A DNA stretch of 63,788 bases, filler included. It is 16 parts of 16 records of this genome, joined end to end, with 100 filler letters (N's around TTAATTAATTAA, not from the genome) between each part and the next. Parts side by side here need not be neighbours in the genome. Positions count along the whole stretch, not along the records: positions 19,028 to 23,411 come from SRR15195285_13765; positions 23,512 to 26,532 come from SRR15195285_13787; positions 26,633 to 30,161 come from SRR15195285_13792; positions 30,262 to 34,403 come from SRR15195285_13829; 12 more parts are not named here. The stretch is one strand, 5' to 3'. The notes below the pieces were generated by a model that did not search any database, was not told where the DNA came from, and worked only from the letters and a program-made list of their open reading frames with translations. This document shows positions 21,011-30,826 of the stretch, piece after piece. A program made the translations under genes and the position numbers. The first letter of the stretch is position 1; each line of letters starts with the position of its first letter.

Positions 21011-22383
21011 TTAGCGCTCTATAATTTCCGTCTCATACTCGTCCAGTCGGCGGATCGTCATAGCGCTACGATACTCTTGCCGCCGCTTCAATCTCTTGAA
21101 TGCAGAGCTAGTCTTATTCTTCCATGCCCAGACTTCTACTGCCCATCCGAGCTGCAGTGCGTAAGCGCAACATTCGGGAAAGGTCGAACCACCATTGTTG
21201 CGATTGCCGTCGCCACTCACCAGCACGAGCGTTGGTGCCCGCACGTTGTGTCCATCAAAGCCTGTTTTTCGCCGTAGCTGAAGTTCTTCTCGCATGATTG
21301 TGTTAAGGATGAGAGCGTGTAGCTTGTCATCGACAAAGTTCTCACCGTGACCAGCCACCCGAAGCTCTAATGCCACCCTCCAGCTCTCGCCCACCTGCAT
21401 GCAAATGCACAGTGGCACGGGAACAACTGTCATCAAATTCAATATCGTTTGTAGCTTGCACGTATCTGCTCTTGCACGACAACTAGCTACATGTAGAACA
21501 TAGGGGTGCACCTGGTCGCGCCAGGTCTTCAATATCTCATCACGCCGTTCAAGCTGCTCCACGGATCCAACGACATGCCGTGCCCCAAGTCGCCCCTCCC
21601 GTCCGTCTATCAGCACAGAGACCAGCCCTTGCGGACTGAGCTTGTGTGTTGGTGGCCGAGGCCCTGCCCGATCCTCCTGTCGCAAGCCAACGGCTTACGA
21701 TTATCTGTCGTGATCTTGATGAAGTAAAACACAGGATTCTATTGCAAAGGCATTAGCACATGATGGTGTTGGTCGCTGTACCTTCGGGATTCGGGCCACG
21801 TTCTTGGCGCGGACAAGCGGAGAGCAATGCCGAGCGTGCATAATTATGCAAGTATGAAAATTCTTCAATTGTAGAGGCGTGTCAAGCAATAATGTTGCAA
21901 GGCGTGTAGCGTCTGTAGTATTAGTCTGATGTGGGTACGGGCATTTTGCAACTCACAGAAAGGTCTATGAACAAGTGTATATCCCCCTGCTCGACCAGCG
22001 GCGTGTCAGTAGCAGCAGTGAACAACATGAACCGGATACTGCGATATTGCCAGACAGATCAACATCACACTAATAAGCTGTCGTACACTTTCGCTAGCCT
22101 GGTCGGTCGGCCGTTCCCAATTAAACAATTGCCACGACGGCGGCAGGGGCAGCGTGCTGCTGAGCAACTGGTACGCCGGTTCTGCCTCGAGCTGTACAGC
22201 AGCGGCGTTCCGTGCTTGCTCCTCCTCCTCAGCAGCTTGTTGCGCCTCGGCGAGCTGCTGGTTCGCCGCAGCGAGGCGCTCTCGGGCTGCTTGCAACGAT
22301 ATCTCGGCCTTCTCTTTCTGCTCACGCTCACACTCCGCCTGGTCACGCAGCGCTGACTTTTCTGCGCGCGCCTTGCGCAGCCA
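21011..22383 (-). CDS. NYN / PIN LabA-like ribonuclease with N-terminal coiled coil (multi-exon, start not found)
   Basis: Spliced model: exon ending 22087, micro-exons 21957-21986 (GDIHLFIDLS) and 21782-21802 (NVARIPK), and an in-frame intron 21395-21511. It gives the motifs IDLSN, ENFVDDKL, LVLVSGDGN and GWAVEVWAW. Confidence 0.8.
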
Positions 22384-22703
22384 TCACAGCAGGTTCCACG
22401 GCTGCGTTTGTAGAAGATCAGTCACCCGCACACATGACTTGGGCAGCATGGGGCGCCCAGCAGCGCGACGTCTTTGTTCTCGACCGCTGGGGACGTCTGG
22501 TCTACATGCAGAATTTCAGCCCGGGATTTGACAGCGCAGGTCTCCGTACCGCTATCCTTGCCGCTCTCGATGCAACCGAGTCCAAGCCGGCGGAGCGACA
22601 GAGCCGAGCGGCGCCGCGAATAGAACCAAATGCAGCGATGTCGGCGTTAGTGCCACTGCTGGTGGGCGCACTAGCGCCCGCCGTGGCAGGCGTGGTGAGA
22701 TAA
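22381..22703 (+). CDS. Last exon of a thioredoxin-fold (redoxin/AhpC-TSA-like) protein with a hydrophobic C-terminus
   Basis: CTGAC branch point and cgcag acceptor at 22380. WAAWGAQQRDVFVLDRWGRLVY resembles the C-terminal half of a redoxin fold. Tail MSALVPLLVGALAPAVAGVVR. Confidence 0.55.
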
Positions 22704-23034
22704 CACGATGCATGCTCGTGCCATATGCATGACGTGTGGTGCGGCAGCTGAAAAGCTGATGGACGCAGTCATTTCGTCGAAGTACCAGTAGAGTCTCTCT
22801 GCACGCCTTCTAGAATCGTGCAAGGGGTCCTGATCCTGTCTATCGGTTCTATCGGATGTGACGGTCTGGCAGCAAACCGGCGAGCATTCTTTGCTCGTTT
22901 TCATGCTTCCCGAATCCCGATCCTTACAGATGAGCCGGTTGAGCAGCACTGAAGGGAATGCATATGCATTTTTCCACCTCATCTGTACACTGAGCTTGGC
23001 GACTTGATTTCAGCATCGTTTCTACTTGCCCCGC

Positions 23035-23411
23035 CTACTCGCATGGTGATGTTGGAGGTCTCATGGCTGTGACCGGTGTCGTTTCGTCCGACGCAGTTCC
23101 AGTCCCTAACTGTCCATTCTCTCCACGGCCAAATAGCACAGCCCTGCCGCTGATCCACGCACAGAAATCCCAGCCAGAGAAGTGTGTGATATGTATTGCG
23201 CAATGTAGAACGGTGACGGATTGGGCTGCGTGTGTACCTGCTCATTAGTACCGCGCTGTGTGCGTACCCCGCGTCTACCCGCACGATGGTTTCCCCTGGA
23301 CAAAGTTGCACTGGCAGGGCCTGCGGTGACGACGTGCCCTCTAGCACATCGGGACCAAGCTGGCCATGCTCGTTGCTGCCCCAGCCCCAAACCGTGACGC
23401 AGTCGGTCCCA
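23035..23411 (-). CDS. RCC1-repeat protein, 3' fragment
   Basis: VWGWGSNEHGQLG...VDAGYAHSAVL, intron 23150-23237, then SGRAVLFGRGENGQLG. Confidence 0.85.
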
Positions 23412-24037
23412 NNNNNNNNNNNNNNNNNNNNNNNNNNNNNNNNNNNNNNNNNNNNTTAATTAATTAANNNNNNNNNNNNNNNNNNNNNNNNNNNNNNNNN
23501 NNNNNNNNNNNCTTTCCCTCGGAAAAAGGAAAGGATGAGTACCGTAAGTTGAAACTGAGAGACTCTAATTATGTAACAGGACGAAAGAATTCATCGATTT
23601 CAGTCCTACCTGGTACAGCTACAGTGTACTAGTACAGCCTACACCGCATTTGGTCAGCAGCGACTCGAGCAGGTCATCGCGGTCCGCTCGATTCGATCGA
23701 TTTCTCAGTACATGTACATGTACCGGTACTGAACTGTACTCCAAACGAATCAGACAAACCCGGGTGACGCTGGATCGACTGGATCTGACGCTCGGACGGA
23801 GCGCGATCGCACTCCGTATGCCGTTACGCCGTTAGGCCACGAGGCGGGGGGTGATGATCACTTGATCAGCACGCTGGGATGGCACCTGCACTTGAGTCAG
23901 GTCACTGCTGAGGTCGAGGTTGATGCGCGCTGTGCTGTAGAGAGGGCTAGTCGGCGTGCGTTCGGGTCTGTTCTGTTCTGGGTTGATCCACGTGGCTGGA
24001 CGGCAGTTGGCAGGCAGTGTGAGTGAGCGCGCGAGAG

Positions 24038-25063
24038 ATGCCGCCGCTGCCGCTGCTGGTTGCGACGCCTTCGCCAGGAACGACGTTTGACCACGCTCAG
24101 CTGGTTCCAAGGGGGTCGGCCGCAGGTGCTGCGGTGGACGGGCCTCCCAGACTGGAAAAGTTCTCGGAGCTCAAGAGGGAAGCAACGGAAGCGAACAAAC
24201 TCGCCACGCGGCTGCAGGCGGAGAACACTCGGCTCCAGACAGAAAATGAGACTCTCGAGAGCGAAAATCGTGAGCTCAAAACGATGCGGATTGATGCAGA
24301 CAGCAGCCACCCTCGGAGCAAGCCTGCTCAGCAGCAGGAGATCAAGGAGTTGAAGCGGCAGCTGAAGGATGCGAAGGACCAGCTTGCGCTGATGTCCAGG
24401 AAGCTGCAAAGCAGTCAACGTACAGTGGCAGAGCTACGTGCGAACGCTGCACCTAGCGTGGCCTCACCGTCAAATTTGCAGATGGCAGCGCCACGACGAC
24501 AGACTGAGCCGCGCATGGAGCAGAGGGCTGCCGCGCCAGATAGGACACGCAGTGAGCCGCCTCGCAGGCACGACGAAAGCAGCTCGGGCGAGACGGAGAG
24601 TGAGTCAGAGTACAGTGACACCGATGGTGAGGACGAGGGGAGCAGTGACGAGGACTACAGCCGAGGATATAGCAGCCGTGGCTATTTCAATAGCGACGAA
24701 GATCGAGATAGCAGTGATGAGTCTGACTTCGACAGGCCTGTCTCCAGAAGAACGCGTGAACGGAGGCGACGAAGGCGAAGCCCGAACGATGCCGCCATCG
24801 AAGGAACCTTGAGTGTTGCCCGTCAATCGTTGCCATTCAAGGACTACGAGAAGTTTAGGCAATACGCAGACCATCGGCGGCGCGTCGCTTCGATTTCTTC
24901 CTCCATAGATACGACGGCGCCCAGACAGTTTGCGCATGTGCGACACAACGGGAAGCGCGCTCAGCAAGAGAGGGAGCGTAAGCGGCAACAGCGAAGGGAC
25001 AATCAACGAATGGCTCAGCGAGTGCGAGAGATGCAGCAGCAGAAGCCCATTAGCCACTGGTGA
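24038..25063 (+). CDS. Coiled-coil protein with a C-terminal CFAP97/KIAA1430-like domain
   Basis: C-terminal YADHRRRVASISSSIDTTAPRQFAHVRHNGKRAQQERERKRQQRRDNQRMAQRVREM follows the CFAP97D/Hemingway pattern. Confidence 0.65.
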   Translation: MPPLPLLVATPSPGTTFDHAQLVPRGSAAGAAVDGPPRLEKFSELKREATEANKLATRLQAENTRLQTENETLESENRELKTMRIDADSSHPRSKPAQQQEIKELKRQLKDAKDQLALMSRKLQSSQRTVAELRANAAPSVASPSNLQMAAPRRQTEPRMEQRAAAPDRTRSEPPRRHDESSSGETESESEYSDTDGEDEGSSDEDYSRGYSSRGYFNSDEDRDSSDESDFDRPVSRRTRERRRRRRSPNDAAIEGTLSVARQSLPFKDYEKFRQYADHRRRVASISSSIDTTAPRQFAHVRHNGKRAQQERERKRQQRRDNQRMAQRVREMQQQKPISHW

Positions 25064-25187
25064 GATGCACCAGGACGTGTACGAACACTGTTCATGGTGT
25101 TCACAATACAGAGCGCGCAACGGTGCATCCACGATTTTAGCACCAGCGCCACGCAACCTAGCTGGCCATGGCAGGTGGCCGAGGCGC

Positions 25188-26020
25188 CTACATGGGCAGT
25201 GACGAACGCTCCGTCGGGCTCAGCACGTGGCCGTGCGCCATAAAATCGTAGTTGACTGAGCGCTGCTTGGCTCCGATGTCTGCGGCAGACACATCGTTAG
25301 CACGTTGTATCACACACGAAGTAGCTAGACGCGCAGGTCGCAGAACAATGCCCGGGCAGGCGAGCAGACGATCAGGCTGGCGACCGAGCAGGCTGACAAG
25401 CTGACAGCAGTTGCAAGCGCACTTTGTCTCCTCAGTTGTGCGTGATTCCTCGACGCCGTGTGGACCCTAGCGATCTCGGCCGCCTTGTCTGCGTACACCT
25501 TGGAGCCCGGCACAGGCGCGTCGATGCCCATCACTCCGTGCGGGTACGAGTGGCGCATGATATACTCGCGGCGCACGACCTCGTGTGTGCGCGTTTGGTT
25601 ATATACCCGCGCCTCGTTCGCAGCCTTCTGCTGCTTCAACAGAATGCGTCGTTGCGTCGGGGTCATCATGAACGGATTGTTCAGCTCCGGCTTGGCCACA
25701 GGGCGCCACGAGCACGGGGCGACCAGCGCGCCGGGCAGCACGACCTCTTCTTTGTCGTAGATGAAGCTCCCGTCCGTTGGCTTCGGCGCGGGCGGCGGCT
25801 GTTTGTAGATTCCGTAGTTGACATCGGCTATGGCGATACCCTGCGGCGGCTCCGGGAAGTGTCGCCGCTTCGCCCCGTCCAAATACTTGTCGCTTGTCAG
25901 GAAGTTCTTGCCCGACTGCGACAGGCCGATAAACGAGTCTGGACGCCCCGGCGGATCCAGGTACCGGCTCAGCGGATCGCGCGTCGAGTAACCAAACTTC
26001 CCCGTGCCGCCCATCGACAT
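25188..26020 (-). CDS. Hypothetical protein (spliced; possibly axonemal)
   Basis: Coding-like exon from ATG 26020 (MSMGGTGKFGYSTRDPLSRY...) to a donor near 25422. CTAAC branch point and cag acceptor near 25280 give a second exon NIGAKQRSVNYDFMAH. Confidence 0.55.
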
Positions 26021-26783
26021 CGCGGGGAAGGCGCCCCCTTCTGGCCGAACAGCCGGCCCGCTCCGCTGCTCCGTCAACGGCAGCAGTCGCAGCAGCCCAC
26101 CACGTCTTCCTCTTTCCCACCCCTCTCTCCCCCAGCGGTCCAAACACAACCCGCCAGGGACGCAGGCAGTACTAAACCAGCACGGCAATACAACCCAACA
26201 CGCAATCCCTGCGGAGATACAGCCCAGCGAACGCCCCACCACCACGGCCGCCAGCACGACCACCACCACCAAAGTAATGTTAAGGTCCAAAGACTCGTAA
26301 TTGTTAATACTAATTGTAACTGATTTAGGTAGATAGTGACTACGAGTTTTGTGAAGGTGGTATCTACCGCTACCCCAAATCGGTTTCGACCACCTCCTGA
26401 TCAAGAATTCTCAATCCCACTTGACTCGATTGACGGGCTGGGTCAGGATTCAATTATTCAATTATGAGCAGAGTCGTGAGAAACAATGCTAATTTAGGGG
26501 GTAATCCGCGAGAAAACAGCAGCGATTCGAGGNNNNNNNNNNNNNNNNNNNNNNNNNNNNNNNNNNNNNNNNNNNNTTAATTAATTAANNNNNNNNNNNN
26601 NNNNNNNNNNNNNNNNNNNNNNNNNNNNNNNNGTGACCAACCCAGCTGAGTCTACCCTTGGTACAATATGATTGTACGAGTCCATGCTCCATTACTTGAC
26701 TACAGCTGCTAGGGTGCGCCGCGGCCGGGATGCTCTCTGGGCGGGCGGGACCGCTTGGTAGCGCGCCGCCGGCCGTGCACGCG

Positions 26784-29516
26784 ATGCTCGCAGCGCTGAC
26801 GACATACATAGCTGCGAGCAGCCCTAGCTATGGAGGTGGGCACCGGCTGCAGCCGCAGTGGGCCCTCTGGCCGACCGATGTTGGCGAGTTCCTGGTGGAA
26901 CCGAACCACACAGCCACGCTGCGGTGGAACGTCTCGATGAGGACGCACTCACCGGGTGAAGTAGCGAAGCGCGCCACGTTCAACTACTCCATCGGAACGT
27001 ACACTGGCTGCACGCCCAAATGTCTTAAGGGAGGACCGGACTACTCCTGCCTGATCAGAGACAGCTGTGCTGGCTGGGCCTTGCCGAACGCGAGGGTGGG
27101 GCCTGACGGGTTCGAGGGTGGGAAAGGGTCCGCGTCCTGGGCAGGAGGCGGCCCACTCAGCATCAGCTTGACGCTACCGACGGCCGGCTACTACACGATC
27201 ACATGGAGCTTGCCCTCTGGTGTGAACAACTCGTATGGAATCATTGCACTGCCTTCGTTCACCTCTAGTGCTCGCCGAGATCCCGTGTTTGGCGTGGTCG
27301 CCTTTCTTTCTCTGGGGGTGGCCGGCCCGAGTTGGACCCCGGAGAACGGGGGCTTCACTCAGCCAGAGAGCCCGGCTTGGGGACAGCCCAACGCCTTTGG
27401 CAACTATCGCCCCGAGTTTTCGCAGTGGTGATCTATTCATGGCCACAACCCTCTGAGCCGTGGCGCTGGTGCATTGTCCGTGCTGACGGTGGATCTGCGC
27501 GCGCGCTGGTGCAGGATGACACAGATCATTGGCGTGCTTTCGCGGTTGGGCATCGCAAGCGTGCGCGAGTGGGGCGTAGGCTCAGATGGTGGCGTCTTCA
27601 CCCCGGAGGGCAATCTGACCTTCAAGCCGGTTGCAATGCAGATTCGAAAGGAGCTCGTGGCCGCGCAGATCGGCATCGTGGACCTGGAGCTCGGACCTGA
27701 AGCGTGGATGGATGTCTCTTGGGGTGGGCACCAGTTCGCACGAAATCTGTCAGCCTACAGCTGGAAGTGGAAAAGGCAGGCTGAGCTGTGGACAAATGCT
27801 GGTGGCGTCAAGAGAGACTACATCGAGCTGTACAACGAGCTAGACATACACTCTTTTGGAGGGTCGGCTGATCAGTACATGGCTACTGTGCAGGCAGCTG
27901 CGTACGGGCTCGCTCAAGGAGGAGACACCACGACTAAGCTACTGTGCGGCGTGGTCACCGACAGTGTACACTCTGGTTGGCGCCAGGGAATGGCAGACAA
28001 CGGTCTCTTCAGCGTCTGCGATGCATTGTCGTTCCACAGCTATGACCATTCTCCACTGAACTGGCAAGGTGACGATCATTCTGACCTGGAGATCGTCGGC
28101 CAATGGAGAGGTTTTCTAGCTGCCAATGGCAACGCGGGGATGCCCATCATGTGTACAGAAGCTGGCACGCAACAATTCACATGGGATAGCGTAAACACAT
28201 CGATGACCCCATGCTGGGAGAGCGGTGGAAATACCAGCTGTGGCACTGATGCATGGGGCGTGCAGCTCACCTGCATCAACGGTGGCTGCACTGGAACATA
28301 TAGGCCGAGCGATCTGCGTGACCGAATCTTCGCCTATGAGGTCGTGAACAAGGCAATCATGTACAAGACGTATGGTCTCAGCCGCAGTTTTGCGTTTTTG
28401 CTGTACTACTACAATGAGGCACACGGGAACTTTGGCCTTACGGGTAGAGATGGCACTCCAGTGCGAGCCCTTGCTGCACTAGGTCAAGCGATACACGTGC
28501 TGGCCAATGCAGATTATGTCGGGTCTCTGGTGCGTGTGATATAGTCAGATTTGTGTCGAATTTCGTTTGCAATCTGACACTCTCATCGTTTATTGATGCA
28601 ATGGTCGAAGCCATGGGGCAATTGGCAATCAGCGCATGTTTTTCGGCAGCCAAGCAGCCAGCTTGTCGCGGTTATCAAGATCGGGCGGCCAGGGCATCAG
28701 AACACTCCACCTGGGGACAACTCGGACCCTAGCCAGATCTTCAACAGCGCTGGTGTCGGCTATCGGTGCAACAGCAAGTTTCCGGGCTGTGCAATCTGGT
28801 CATGGTATTACCCAGTACAACGGCTTGAAGGCATTGACGGGCGGCCGCTTGACACACAGCACTCCGCCTGCGACGTTGGTGGTTGTTCGTTCACTGACGA
28901 CGACGACGGTATCATCTATGCATTTCTAGCGCCATCAGCCGTGCACGCAATTCAGAAGCACACGCTTGTTGGCCACCTGAACTCGCAGCGTAGCGAGGAG
29001 CCAGTCATGCCAGTGAGAAGTAAAGTGGCTCCAGAGGCTTATGTGATGCGCTGGAATCTCGATCACAGCCATGTGGAGGTGCTCGCGGGCGAGCAGCACC
29101 CCGATGGTTCGACTGTTGGCAGTCAGTTTGCCTACGCAGTCTCGCCGGGCAATGCCAGCGCCTTCAACTTCTCGGTGGAGCTGCACTCGCTGGACTCATC
29201 GTCTTGGGCGGAGACGACGCCAGCTAGCATGGTGTTGACCATCGACGGCCGAGAAGAAAGCGACCTGATGGCGGCTGACGTCTCCGTGCCTAGGATGGGT
29301 GCTGTGAACGCGTCGTGGGTGCTAGATCTGGCGCCACATGTGGACGCGAGTGGTGAGGTTGTGTTGCGCGTGGCAGTGTCCAGGGTCGGGCAGTCAGCTG
29401 ACATGGCGTTGCCACTTGTGATACGCCTGATTGTTGGCCGGTGGGACTGCATGTCAGCCGGAGCGCTCAATGACAAGACGAGCGGCTGCGCAAAGGGCGA
29501 GTGCAATCTTTGCTGA
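26784..29516 (+). CDS. Secreted clan GH-A glycoside hydrolase (GH39/GH5-like), about 3 exons
   Basis: Acid/base motif YIELYNELD, DALSFHSY, nucleophile motif PIMCTEAG, and NFGLTGRDGTP. Built from ORFs 26730-27431, 27474-28544 and 28593-29516 separated by short introns. Confidence 0.75.
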
Positions 29517-30826
29517 GTCATTAATTTTTTTTCCTACCACTACACGGCAACGGAAAGCGGCAGAAACCCTAGACAATTGCCGATAAGCACGGTCTAGATA
29601 GCGGCAGTTGGGCTGAGACGTCTACTTGTAAATGAGGCCGCGCCCACGGGTGCGAGACGCCATTCCGAATTTGCCATTGTGTAATTCATCGTACAATCCA
29701 TTGTACAATAGAGCGCCGGAGTCCATTCAAATCAACCAGTAAACAACACCTGGAACACTGTTGATACTCAGAGACCCCTCCGCATGGAGCCTTACTGATA
29801 GAGAGAGTACACTACTAAGGTATAGAGCGCCATACCTTAGTAGTAAGGCAGAAGAAACATCCCGGGCAGATAGTGAAACGTTGCATGTCCCTGCAAGATT
29901 CGATACTAGAGGATTCCTACCAATTATGCATTTCTTACAATCCCACCGCACCAACCACTACTACGGAGTCTGTGGTGCGTGGCTCGGGCATTTCCATGAT
30001 TGCCTCGACCTTTTTAGCTCTTTGTTCTCCGCTAACTCCATGTTGCTAGGCACGCGATGATTGATGCGCCGCGCAAGGCTGTCGATGGGTGTGCCATCGA
30101 AATACTCGCCCCGCAGCTCCATTACGGGGTTAGCTTGGCGCCGTTTGTGGTGGCTTCCGCTNNNNNNNNNNNNNNNNNNNNNNNNNNNNNNNNNNNNNNN
30201 NNNNNTTAATTAATTAANNNNNNNNNNNNNNNNNNNNNNNNNNNNNNNNNNNNNNNNNNNNCCGGAGTTTGATCAGTATTGATTTTACTGTGTAGCGATA
30301 GAATAATCAAGGTGCATTGTGTCAACGTGTCACGAGATCACGTCGTAGTGCGAGCCCGAAGTCGCCATAGTAGCAGTGGGCTGTGGATTTAGTATGGTGG
30401 TAGTGGTCGTACTATCCTTGCTCTCCACTGCGACCACTACCACCATCCTCTTGCTCCCTTGCTTCACCGCTGCGAGAAGGCAGTTCCTCTCTGACTTCCC
30501 TCCCTTAGACGCGGAGCAACACAAGGCGTAGCTGGACTTACCTGGCGATCGGTGGGGTTTTCGGGAATGGGTGGGCGGGTCGCTCGAGTTCGTCAGGTTC
30601 CAGGGCCGTCCGCAATTGATGAAGAGCGACAGTATTATGTTTTGCGCAACTGTAAAGTTGTGGTGACACCGCCTCTACTAGGCCGACGACTGTGAATCCA
30701 GGGATAAATACGTAAACAGTACTGTGGCCATCTGATGCGAGCGGGCCACCATACAGCTTGGAGAAGAAAGGACTTCATGTACTTAGAATGCACAGGTTGA
30801 ATTTACTTAGCTGACCTTCTGCGACT

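Noticed and set aside
21782-21986. Apparent non-canonical splice site in the NYN gene
   Set aside because: Recounting bases gives GAC CTT TCT|gt...ag|AAC, a normal phase-0 GT-AG intron.
30535-30700. ACTTACCTGG resembling the U1 snRNA 5' end
   Set aside because: No U1-70K loop, U1A loop (ATTGCAC) or Sm site follows. It is better explained as a minus-strand donor CAG/GTAAGT.
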